Shown piece after piece: positions 1 through 8,592 of a stretch of DNA of 64,000 bases (positions are counted from its first letter, which is position 1; every line of letters begins with the position of its first letter). The DNA is from Desulfatiglandales bacterium (GTDB taxonomy: Bacteria > Desulfobacterota > DSM-4660 > Desulfatiglandales > HGW-15): positions 2,560,001 to 2,624,000 of the forward strand of contig CAXXJJ010000001.1 of assembly GCA_963667015.2 (NCBI GenBank), read 5' to 3'. The notes beneath the pieces were generated by a model, which worked only from the letters and a program-made list of their open reading frames with translations, had not been told where the DNA came from and searched no databases. The position numbers and the translations under genes are program-made.

Positions 1-247
1 CAGTACCTGTCTCCCTGAATTTTATAAAACAGTCTATTGGGTTTTTACCGGCGACAATATTTACAGTGATTTCAGATCCTGTGGGCTTGACAAGGCATGG
101 AGAAACAAGAAGGAAAGGGGATTTTTCGGGCGAGGGAGATTCATTTTCCTCTCCAATAATCAGGGCACCGGGAAGCATTACTGTTCCAGCGCCTGCTACA
201 GTAACCTGTTTTATGAATTTCCTTCTTGAAAGATTATTAATTTTCAT
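1..247 (-). CDS. Tat-exported protein, N-terminal part (runs off window start)
   Basis: Manual translation from ATG at 247: MKINNLSRRKFIKQVTVAGAGTVMLPGAL..., a twin-arginine S-R-R-x-F-I-K signal; open to position 1; not in the ORF track. Confidence 0.7.
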   Translation of the reverse strand, partial: MKINNLSRRKFIKQVTVAGAGTVMLPGALIIGEENESPSPEKSPFLLVSPCLVKPTGSEITVNIVAGKNPIDCFIKFRETGT

Positions 248-263
248 TGATATCTAAAAAAGC

Positions 264-319
264 AGAGACGGGTTTCATCCGTCTTCGCAAAAGCTTCGCC
301 GCGACAAGAACCCGTCTCT
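264..319. repeat. Intergenic inverted repeat (REP-like element or hairpin)
   Basis: AGAGACGGGTT (264-274) and AACCCGTCTCT (309-319) are perfect reverse complements around a 34-nt GC-rich core. Confidence 0.55.
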
Positions 320-329
320 AAAGGCTATT

Positions 330-1775
330 TTATTTCCAGAGTTTTTTCCATTTTTTTGCACCTTTCTGGGTTGCCCCTTCAAGGTTTACTCTGGGTTTCC
401 AGCCATCCTTGATATCTTCCGCAATCTGACCCTTCGGGGTTAAATCTTTCCCCTTAAGACCCGGGTAATCCGGTCCATATCGATGTGCCCTGAATACCCC
501 GTTGCTTGCCTGAAATCCCAGGTCATCCAGCCAGTTTTTGGTCCCGCCGCTGGTAGCAGGATTGATATATTCCCACACCACTTCACCCTCTTTTGTAACC
601 TCGAAAAAATGACCGTGGTTTCCTGAACATACCATGGTGTTGCCGTTCGGGAGTCTCTGTGCTCCGGATATATGATGTGAAGAAAAGCTGTTTTCGGCCT
701 TTGACTTATATTCCCAGACTATTTCTCCGGTTTTGGGGTCCATTTCTATAATTGATGAATATGTAACAGGGGATTGTGCCCAGCCGTTATTAAATATCAG
801 GATGTTCCCTTCCCCAGGAAGCCCTTTTTTGATCCAGTGGGCATCATGGGGGCCAAAAAGGATCTGGTCACCGTTTGTGGTGAAGGTCGGCGGATCGCCA
901 GCACCATAGGCGCTGGGATTACCCCATCTATAGATAATTTCACCTGTTTTATGGTCGATGATATAAAGTTCGCCAAATTCCCTTGAATCTGTAAGAATCT
1001 GATCAGTCACAGGATCATAGTCAACATCATTAAAGTGGAGCCAGTCAGGATTTCCCATTCTATATTTTGGTAGTACGTTTGTTATATAATTTACATCAAG
1101 GTGCTTCTTTGAATTCATGCCCCTGTGTGCCCATCCGCTCCATTTCCAAACGACTTTTCCACTGGGATCTATTTCGTATATAACATCATCAGCCACCCCT
1201 CTGTCAGTTGTCTGTTTGGGGTTTCTGCCTCCGGCTATTGCTTCTTCTTTGCTTATATGTTCCCAGGCATTGGTCAGGGTGTTGCCGTTGGGCAATCTGA
1301 CAAAATCATGGTGCAGTGAACCTTCATCAGGTCCGGGAATATATTCCCATACTATATTGCCGTCCCAGTCTACCTCCTTTAAACCCTTTGCTCCTCCGCC
1401 GAAGTTAAGACCCTTATTAGGATTTGCGTTGGGGTCCGGTTTTGGTTTTGCCTTTGGTTTGGGGGCGCCTTCTTTAGGCATTGGCGGACGCTTTTGACTG
1501 GTATTACCCAGAATATTGCCGTTTTCAAGTAAAATATAATGCATTCCCGGAGGATCACCTTTATGCTCCCAGACATGTACTATATTTCCCACCATATCTA
1601 TGAGATATGTCTTGCCGGAGTACATAGGGCTGAAAAGAGTGTATCCTTCGTATGCCTTTGATGCATTGTACTGGATCAGTTGAGAAGGTCCACTGTGTGA
1701 TTCATAGGCCTGAGAGGTTCCAAAAATCAGGGTTGCAGACAGCACGATTCCAAAAAAAATAATCCATTTTTTCAT
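330..1775 (-). CDS. Aryl-sulfate sulfotransferase (ASST) family periplasmic protein
   Basis: Signal peptide MKKWIIFF.. after RBS AAGGAG; motifs HHDFVRLPNGNTL, DWLHFND, GPHDAHWI, ISGAQRLPNGNTMVC; start moved from 1808 to 1775. Confidence 0.85.
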   Translation of the reverse strand: MKKWIIFFGIVLSATLIFGTSQAYESHSGPSQLIQYNASKAYEGYTLFSPMYSGKTYLIDMVGNIVHVWEHKGDPPGMHYILLENGNILGNTSQKRPPMPKEGAPKPKAKPKPDPNANPNKGLNFGGGAKGLKEVDWDGNIVWEYIPGPDEGSLHHDFVRLPNGNTLTNAWEHISKEEAIAGGRNPKQTTDRGVADDVIYEIDPSGKVVWKWSGWAHRGMNSKKHLDVNYITNVLPKYRMGNPDWLHFNDVDYDPVTDQILTDSREFGELYIIDHKTGEIIYRWGNPSAYGAGDPPTFTTNGDQILFGPHDAHWIKKGLPGEGNILIFNNGWAQSPVTYSSIIEMDPKTGEIVWEYKSKAENSFSSHHISGAQRLPNGNTMVCSGNHGHFFEVTKEGEVVWEYINPATSGGTKNWLDDLGFQASNGVFRAHRYGPDYPGLKGKDLTPKGQIAEDIKDGWKPRVNLEGATQKGAKKWKKLWK

Positions 1776-1921
1776 TTCATTCTCCTTGACATTATTTTGA
1801 TGAATCACTGATTATTAATCTCTAAATCAAATATCTTTTTCAGTAAAGCTTCCAAAGGGTTTTCGTTATCATTCGGACGGGAAAATGCTGAATAAATTTG
1901 ACGTCAAGTGTTTAACATAAT

Positions 1922-2752
1922 ATGACGATATATGGAATAAATATTATAATAAAGATGAGGTGTAAAGTGGAAATAAAGGAACATGAATATATAAGACAAA
2001 CGCTTGAACGATACACTGACTGCCGCCTTGAAGATTTCTGCAATCATGTCCTTATTACCAATTTTAAAAAATATATCCACGCATTTAAAGATCGTACGGG
2101 TGCTGAATTGCACGAAGGTAATTTCAGAATAGCCAATGCAAAGGACCGGGACATCACCATGATCGATTTTGGAATCGGTTCTCCTCAGGCTGCCCTTATT
2201 ATAAACTGTCTGGCATATCTGGATAATCTCAAATCGGTTATAATGCTGGGTATGTGCGGTGGCATTGACGATATTCTTGAGGTCGGTGACTTTATTGTTC
2301 CGACGGCTGCCATAAGGGGGGAGGGTACAAGCAGGCATTACCTTCCCCAGGAATTCCCGGCCATTCCCGCTATGTCGGTCAACCTCTTCTGTATCGGTGC
2401 AGTTAAAAAAATGAGCTCTAAGCCCCGCTGTGGTATTGTCTATACAACGGACAGGCGGCTGTGGGAATTTGATGAATCGTTTATAATGTATCTGAGAAAA
2501 CAGAGAATCCTTGCCATAGAGATGGAACTGGCAACGCTTTTTTCTGTCGGGTATCACTATGAAGTACCTATCGGATCAATAATGCTTGTATCGGATATGC
2601 CTCTCCATAGAAGCGGGATCAAGGATAAGAAACTCCATGCTCAGGTATATGAAAAATATATGGATAAACATCTGGATATTGCCTTTAACGCAGTTGAAAG
2701 TATTCAGAGTAAATGGAGCGAGGTGGAGGACCAGCTTTCCAGTGAGTGGTAG
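1922..2752 (+). CDS. amn: AMP nucleosidase (short, PNP/UDP phosphorylase fold)
   Basis: TLERYT..LITNF, DFGIGSPQAA, LGMCGG, AAIRGEGTS, IEMELATLF, LVSDMP motifs; true start may be slightly downstream. Confidence 0.8.
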   Translation: MTIYGINIIIKMRCKVEIKEHEYIRQTLERYTDCRLEDFCNHVLITNFKKYIHAFKDRTGAELHEGNFRIANAKDRDITMIDFGIGSPQAALIINCLAYLDNLKSVIMLGMCGGIDDILEVGDFIVPTAAIRGEGTSRHYLPQEFPAIPAMSVNLFCIGAVKKMSSKPRCGIVYTTDRRLWEFDESFIMYLRKQRILAIEMELATLFSVGYHYEVPIGSIMLVSDMPLHRSGIKDKKLHAQVYEKYMDKHLDIAFNAVESIQSKWSEVEDQLSSEW

Positions 2753-2792
2753 GAAAAACCGGTTTATGGTTTAGGGGTTAAGGTTGAAGCTT

Positions 2793-2825
2793 TTATTCCT
2801 GTTGTACACGCCAGTATAAAAACAT
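2793..2825 (-). CDS. 10-aa micro-ORF MFLYWRVQQE (possible truncated paralog of 16094..16267)
   Basis: RBS AGGAGG at 2830-2835; peptide identical to the first 10 residues of the 16094..16267 ORF. Confidence 0.35.
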   Translation of the reverse strand: MFLYWRVQQE

Positions 2826-2859
2826 GGTACCTCCTGTTTGAACCTTTATCAGTTGCTCT

Positions 2860-3945
2860 TTATTCCATTTTTTTTCGTGCAATTGCTATGGTAACATTTC
2901 CTGATGTTATCTTGTTAACAATAAGTTCTGAGCCCTTTCCTGCACATAAAATAGCTGCCGGCTCTGATACACCATAGGAGCCGAGATTTTTTTTCAGTTC
3001 CTGGGATGGGGGTGACAACCTTTGATACTTGACGTTGTTCAACGTTTCAGCGTCGTAGTATTTTAATTCCTGATTAATAGAATTGCAGTAGGCCAGCAGC
3101 CCTGGTTCGTCCTTTTTTTTATCTATAGTCGCCACATCAGTAATGGAGAGCGGGGAGAGCCCTTTAAGACTTAAAATTCTGCTTACTGTGGAGGCAATCT
3201 CTTCTGAACCTGTATTATGAACGATCCCTATTCCCAGTACGAGATTTGGGGGCCTTATAAGTAAAAACTTTCTTAAAACATCCGGCGGTATTTGAAATTG
3301 TTTTTCAGAGATAATGCATATTGCATCATATTCATGTGGATTAACATCGATGATATCCTGAAAATGATCGGGTCTGTAATCTGCATTTCCATAGTATTTT
3401 TCGTATAAATATTTATCGCAGATAAGGGCAACCGGTTCATTATTAAGCATGGCAGATGAGAAAGATTTTATCATATCCTTATTCTCAATTACCGCACCAA
3501 TCTCCATCGCGACTGTATCAACAGCAGTAATATCAGTTATATCTGTTGTGGTTGTAATAACAGGATTTCCATCAAGCAGGGAGGCCAGCTGAAGAGTAAG
3601 CCTGTTTGCGCCTCCCATATTCCCCAATAAAAGACTTATTACATTTTTGCCCATCTCATCCATTACTACTATAGCAGGATCACTTTTATTATCTTTAATA
3701 ACTTTGCTGATTGTGCGTATGACTATTCCGGTTGCCATGATAAATACATGACCATTGTATTCGCGAAAGACCTTACAAACACTTTCACTAAAATTGTCAT
3801 AACCGCTGATGCGTGGATTAACATAGGATTTTTTGACAGAGGCCGGAGTAAGAATATCTTTTATTCCAGGTACCCCCCTGAGTCTGAGCGCAGTCCTGAG
3901 CCCTTTTTCGTTCAGTGTCCATATTGCAATATTATATTCTTCCAT
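2860..3945 (-). CDS. cbiG: Cobalt-precorrin-5A hydrolase CbiG
   Basis: FIMATGIVIR, DPAIVVMDE.G.NVISLL.G.GGAN, ITTTTD, LVLGIG, K.DEPGL, GVSEPAA motifs. Confidence 0.88.
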   Translation of the reverse strand: MEEYNIAIWTLNEKGLRTALRLRGVPGIKDILTPASVKKSYVNPRISGYDNFSESVCKVFREYNGHVFIMATGIVIRTISKVIKDNKSDPAIVVMDEMGKNVISLLLGNMGGANRLTLQLASLLDGNPVITTTTDITDITAVDTVAMEIGAVIENKDMIKSFSSAMLNNEPVALICDKYLYEKYYGNADYRPDHFQDIIDVNPHEYDAICIISEKQFQIPPDVLRKFLLIRPPNLVLGIGIVHNTGSEEIASTVSRILSLKGLSPLSITDVATIDKKKDEPGLLAYCNSINQELKYYDAETLNNVKYQRLSPPSQELKKNLGSYGVSEPAAILCAGKGSELIVNKITSGNVTIAIARKKME

Positions 3946-4164
3946 TTTATAGAATTCCTTCTATTTCATATTTCTTTTTTAATAGTAGAATAAGAAATTA
4001 TCACATGCAGTATGGCAATGCAAATATCATTTATTACAATCCTACGAATATCGCAGGGCATTAGAGATAATAATCGGAAAATCAGTCCGAGAAATAATAA
4101 AACAGCCGGCAGAGTGGTAGATATAGAGGAGGGTAATGTACAGGAGTGCTGAAATAAACTTCAA

Positions 4165-4211
4165 ACACAATCTGTGGTTGTTATTATTTAAAAATATACA
4201 ATATTATGTAT
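4165..4211. promoter_or_regulatory. Tandem NrdR-box-like operators
   Basis: ACACAATCTGTGGTTG (4165) and ATACAATATTATGTAT (4196) match the acaCwAtATaTwGtgt consensus at 11/16 and 12/16; starts 31 bp apart; upstream of nrdD. Confidence 0.6.
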
Positions 4212-4240
4212 ATTTTTAGTGAAACTATATGATTTTTATC

Positions 4241-4269
4241 TTGACAAAACATGTCCTTTTAAATAAATC
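4241..4269 (+). promoter_or_regulatory. Putative sigma70 promoter for the riboswitch-nrdD transcript
   Basis: TTGACA at 4241, 17-nt spacer, TAAATC, directly before the riboswitch. Confidence 0.5.
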
Positions 4270-4274
4270 AATCT

Positions 4275-4454
4275 CTATTCGGGTGCTTTATTTAAGCCTA
4301 ACAGGGAATCCCGTTAAAGTCGGGAACGGACCCGCCGCTGTAACCTCCCCTTTTTTCCATTTGGGAAGAGAAACTGCTTTGACCTTTGTGTGCCACTGTT
4401 GAAGAACGGGAAGGCTGTCAAAACAGGAGGAAGTCAGAAGACCTGCCCGGATAA
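4275..4454 (+). promoter_or_regulatory. Cobalamin riboswitch (class I type) upstream of nrdD
   Basis: GGTG..AGGGAATCCCGTTAAAGTCGGG..CCCGCCGCTGTAA..GCCACTG..GGGAAGGC..AGTCAGAAGACCTGCC consensus elements. Confidence 0.93.
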
Positions 4455-4514
4455 TATAGGTCTCTTTCGTGGTATGAAGCAGACCGCCTGATCTAGAGGA
4501 TAAAAAAGGGTAAT

Positions 4515-4550
4515 CCCCGGATCGATGTCTATCGTTCCGGGTTTTTTTAT
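4515..4550 (+). terminator. Riboswitch-associated intrinsic terminator
   Basis: CCCGGA..TCCGGG stem followed by a T run. Confidence 0.75.
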
Positions 4551-4640
4551 CTTGGATGTTAACAACAGTCTCGTTATTTAGACCATATCTCATTATAAAC
4601 ATTAGAGTTAAATCAGGCGTCACAGGAGGAAAGAAAAGAG

Positions 4641-7472
4641 ATGCAAAAGGGTAATGTTCTTACTGCAATGGGAAAAGGAGATGGGTATCCGGAATCCTTT
4701 GAGCACGGTCTTACCGGTTTTTTAAAAAGAGATGGAAAAGAAGTAGACTTTGATCCGGATAAAATTTCAGACGCAATAAAAAAGGCTTCAGAAAAGACAA
4801 AAAGGGATCTTAAAGGTGATCTGGATATTCCTGACCCTGATAACATGGCATGGAAAGTGATAGCAGAATTGAACAATCCATTCTCTCCCTATTTTATTCA
4901 GGCCAGAAATGGCAAGCGGGTGCCCAAAATAGAGGATGTTCAGGACCTTGTAGAGATTGTGCTGGCCCAAAGCGGATATCAGGAGGTAATGACAGCCTAT
5001 AAGCTCTATAGAAAAAAGAGGGAAAATATCAGGAAACAGCTTAAGATCCGTACAAAGCAGGACTCAGAACAGCAGGATTCCACGGATGCGCTGCTCCTTG
5101 TTGAATCAACCACCCAGAATGTTACACACCCCTGGGACAAAACGCGTATTGTTGATGCACTCCTCAAAGAGACCTCCCTTTCCTATGAAGAATCCCGAAG
5201 CATTGCAAAATCGGTTGAAAACCGGGCCTTTGCCTGGGATGATTCCACCATAAGCACCTCCCTGGTAAGAGAGATGGTTAACAATGAACTGGAGGAGAGA
5301 GGATATATTGCCTGTCTGAGGGATATGGCCCAGTTTTCCATTGCAAAGCCTGTTCTTGAAGGGCTGCTTTTTTCAAAGTCCGATGAGAATAGTAATATAA
5401 AAAACAATAACCCCGAAGCAGTTACCCAGACAATAGGCGAGATAGTCCTGAAACAGTACGCCCTGAGATACCTTTTTGGTGAAAAACTTGAAAGGGCACA
5501 TGCTACAGGGCGTATACATATTCATGACCTTGGTTTTCCTGACAGGGTTTACTGCTCATCACACTCCATTGAATATATAAAAAAATACGGGCTCAAGGGG
5601 CTTGTTAACCTTACAAGCGAATCAAGCCCTGCAAATTCAGCACAGGTGCTTACCGGACATTTAAATACATACCTTGCCTCCATGCAGGCCTATTATGCCG
5701 GGGCACTGGGAGTAGCCTATATTAACATCCTCTATGCCCCCTATCTTGAGGGGCTGACAAAGGAGGAGATTTACCAGCGGGCACAGGAACTCATCTTTAA
5801 CGGCTCACAAAATGCCTTTTCAAGAGGCGGACAGAGTATCTTCCTGGATTTTAATATACATTCGGGGGTTCCTGAATACCTTAAAAGAGTCCCTGCTATT
5901 GGTCCCGGTGGCAAATATATGATGATGACTGCGGATGGTGAGAAGATCAGCCTGGAAGAATCTTTATCAGTCGAAGTATCATCACGCGGATACAGATTGA
6001 TGATATTAAAACATAAAGATCGTGTGGTACTGAAAGAGGTAATGAACAGTGAAGGCCAGATAGAATATGATGTTTCTGTCCAGCAGGAACTCAAAGACCG
6101 GGGTGAAAAAATCGTTACCTATGGTGACTATGAAAAACTGGCAGGAGACTTTGCCATCAAGATGCTTGATGTATGGGAAAAGGGTGATACAAACGGCAGG
6201 GTGTTTGAGTTTCCTAAATGTGACTTTCATGTAAGTGAGGAGTCCTTTTCTGATCCTGAACAGCTTAAAATTCTTGAAAGAGCATGTGAGGTTGCTTCAA
6301 GGAACGGATCGGTCTATTTTATTTTTGACAGGGACCAGGTTACTCTTTCCGCATGCTGTCGTCTTCGCACAACAATAAATGATAATTATATGCTTATCCA
6401 TCCGGAAAGCATGAGGTTTTGCGGATTCCAGAATGTTACGATCAATATACCCCATGCAGCATACCTTGCTGCCGGAGATGGCCAGAAAAACATCGACGGC
6501 CTTATAAAAAAGGTCTACGAGTCCATGGATCTCGCGATTGAAGCCCATCTGCTAAAAAAGACCTTTGTTGAGCAAAAAATGATGAAGCGGGGAGGCCCCC
6601 TGTGGCAGATAGGAAAAGAGTGCTGTGACGGGAAAAGGTATGTGGATCTTGATTCAAGCACATATATCATAGGGTTGATAGGAGTAAATGATGCTGTTAA
6701 ATTTCTAACCGGCAGGGAAATGCATGAATCAGGGGAATCGGTTGATCTTGCATTAAAGATTGTAGCGTCAATGAATATAAGGCTGCGTGAGTATTCCGAA
6801 AGATACGGTTTAAAGTTTACCCTTGAAGAATCACCTGCCGAGAGCGCTGCCAGACGGCTTGCAAAGACGGATATGATCTATTTTGGAAAATATGCATCCG
6901 GTATTGTCAAAGGAAGTATTGAGGACGATTCCATTTATTATACTAATTCCATACACCTTGCGGCAGACTGCGACGTAAGTCTTGTGGAAAGGATAAGAAT
7001 CCAGGGGCTGTTTCACGGGCTTATAGAATCGGGCGCCATCACCCATGCCTTTGTCGGAGAGGAAAGACCGTCCTCCGGGGCAATCTTCAAGCTGGTCAGG
7101 AATACATTTTTTCGCACACAGTCAGCCCAGCTTACCATAAGTCCTGAGTTTACATACTGTAATGAGTGTCACAATGAGATGAGAGGACTGATTGAAAAAT
7201 GTGACAGGTGCGGAAGCTCCAGCGTTGATGGTATCTCCCGTATTGTCGGGTATTACAGTGTTATTCATGACTGGAACAAGTCTAAAAAGGGAGAGCTCAG
7301 GTCTCGGAAAAACGGAAACTATGGCCTGACAGGCAGGGATGATATCTGTAAGCCGGATAATGATATAATGCCTTCCTATAAAAGGAGTTCTGTATCACCA
7401 GACTATGGTGAAGAACTGTCACATGAGGATCAGACAGGTTCATGTAAAGATGGTGTATGCACACTCAACTGA
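4641..7472 (+). CDS. nrdD: Anaerobic (class III) ribonucleoside-triphosphate reductase with N-terminal ATP-cone domains
   Basis: KRDG..FDPDKI ATP cone, HIHDL, SACCRL finger loop, CxxC..CxxC Zn site, glycyl radical loop RIVGYYS. Confidence 0.95.
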   Translation: MQKGNVLTAMGKGDGYPESFEHGLTGFLKRDGKEVDFDPDKISDAIKKASEKTKRDLKGDLDIPDPDNMAWKVIAELNNPFSPYFIQARNGKRVPKIEDVQDLVEIVLAQSGYQEVMTAYKLYRKKRENIRKQLKIRTKQDSEQQDSTDALLLVESTTQNVTHPWDKTRIVDALLKETSLSYEESRSIAKSVENRAFAWDDSTISTSLVREMVNNELEERGYIACLRDMAQFSIAKPVLEGLLFSKSDENSNIKNNNPEAVTQTIGEIVLKQYALRYLFGEKLERAHATGRIHIHDLGFPDRVYCSSHSIEYIKKYGLKGLVNLTSESSPANSAQVLTGHLNTYLASMQAYYAGALGVAYINILYAPYLEGLTKEEIYQRAQELIFNGSQNAFSRGGQSIFLDFNIHSGVPEYLKRVPAIGPGGKYMMMTADGEKISLEESLSVEVSSRGYRLMILKHKDRVVLKEVMNSEGQIEYDVSVQQELKDRGEKIVTYGDYEKLAGDFAIKMLDVWEKGDTNGRVFEFPKCDFHVSEESFSDPEQLKILERACEVASRNGSVYFIFDRDQVTLSACCRLRTTINDNYMLIHPESMRFCGFQNVTINIPHAAYLAAGDGQKNIDGLIKKVYESMDLAIEAHLLKKTFVEQKMMKRGGPLWQIGKECCDGKRYVDLDSSTYIIGLIGVNDAVKFLTGREMHESGESVDLALKIVASMNIRLREYSERYGLKFTLEESPAESAARRLAKTDMIYFGKYASGIVKGSIEDDSIYYTNSIHLAADCDVSLVERIRIQGLFHGLIESGAITHAFVGEERPSSGAIFKLVRNTFFRTQSAQLTISPEFTYCNECHNEMRGLIEKCDRCGSSSVDGISRIVGYYSVIHDWNKSKKGELRSRKNGNYGLTGRDDICKPDNDIMPSYKRSSVSPDYGEELSHEDQTGSCKDGVCTLN

Positions 7473-7487
7473 TAAGGGATACTGGAA

Positions 7488-7886
7488 ATGAAAAAATATC
7501 TTGTGGTAATATACGGAAAAAACGGGTGTGAAAAGTGTGTCCGCCTGAAAAAGGAAGTGAGTCAGATCCTTGAAGAGGATAACAGCCTGAATGATTTTGA
7601 TATGGATTACCAGAATCTCTCAACCATTGAAGGGATGCAGGCATATGCCCTGGCAGAAACGGTTAATGGCCAGAGGATTCCGGCCCTCCAGGTCATGAAG
7701 TACAGTGAGAATAAAAAATCCTATGTCAAGATACCATATCCCGGTAATGGCAAAGATTCCGATGCCAAACCCTTCCTGTACTATTTACAGCTTGAAACAG
7801 GTTATTCAGCTGATGAAGCCGGCATTGATCCGGAAAGGATAAAGAAAATCATGTCTATGGCTCAATCAAGTTCTATGGTCTCATGA
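7488..7886 (+). CDS. Glutaredoxin/thioredoxin-like protein (NrdH-like)
   Basis: YGKNGCEKC CxxC motif, RIP cis-Pro-like motif; lies between nrdD and nrdG. Confidence 0.65.
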   Translation: MKKYLVVIYGKNGCEKCVRLKKEVSQILEEDNSLNDFDMDYQNLSTIEGMQAYALAETVNGQRIPALQVMKYSENKKSYVKIPYPGNGKDSDAKPFLYYLQLETGYSADEAGIDPERIKKIMSMAQSSSMVS

Positions 7887-8575
7887 AGTCTGCTGTTTTT
7901 ACATACCAGAAAACCGAATCTACTATTGACTTTGAAGGTCGCATAGCACTTCTTTTTTTTACGCAGGGGTGTAACTTCAGGTGCGGTTTCTGCCATAATC
8001 CGGAACTTATTCCTGTAAAAGACAAACACATGTCATTCGAAGAACTGGACGCTGTCCTTGACAGGGCTGGGCGGAACTGGGTGGATGGAATTTGTATAAC
8101 AGGCGGCGAGCCAACGATGCAGGAGACATTACCTGAGACACTGGCATTTATGAAGCAGAAGGGGATGGATGTAAAACTGGATACTCAGGGAAGTTTTCCG
8201 GATATGCTGAAAAAGGTAATAGAATACTGTGATTACATTGCAATGGATTATAAGATGCCTGTTGATAAATACCATGAAATTACCGGTGTAAAGGTCGACA
8301 GGGAAAGTATTGCAAAGAGCCTGGGTCTTTTAAAAAACAGCAATATTGAGTATGAAATAAGAACAACTATAGTGCCGGGAATACACACTGAAGAGGATAT
8401 TAAAAAGATTTGTGCCGAACTGAAGGGTGTCAGAAGATTTGTGTTGCAAAGATTTATTCCCAGGGATAACCTGCCTGATAAAAAATTGAGAACAATAGAA
8501 AAAACTTCCCCTGATGTAATGGAACATTTTGCAGAAGTCAGCCGGGAGTATTTTGCAGATGTTGTTGTGAGATGA
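7883..8575 (+). CDS. nrdG: Anaerobic RNR activating radical-SAM protein
   Basis: GCNFRCGFCHNP, ITGGEPT, KLDTQGS, YEIRTT; follows nrdD. Confidence 0.92.
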   Translation: MKSAVFTYQKTESTIDFEGRIALLFFTQGCNFRCGFCHNPELIPVKDKHMSFEELDAVLDRAGRNWVDGICITGGEPTMQETLPETLAFMKQKGMDVKLDTQGSFPDMLKKVIEYCDYIAMDYKMPVDKYHEITGVKVDRESIAKSLGLLKNSNIEYEIRTTIVPGIHTEEDIKKICAELKGVRRFVLQRFIPRDNLPDKKLRTIEKTSPDVMEHFAEVSREYFADVVVR

Positions 8576-8592
8576 ATTAGGAGAATTACCAG

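Noticed and set aside
1904..2557. 217-aa minus-strand ORF
   Set aside because: Antisense to the well-supported AMP nucleosidase
4288..4623. ORFs overlapping riboswitches (also 10342..10626 5' part, 62086..62268)
   Set aside because: They overlap conserved non-coding aptamer sequence and have no protein-like motifs
5916..6116. Intein in NrdD
   Set aside because: Too short and lacks intein terminal residues; kept only as a plain insertion
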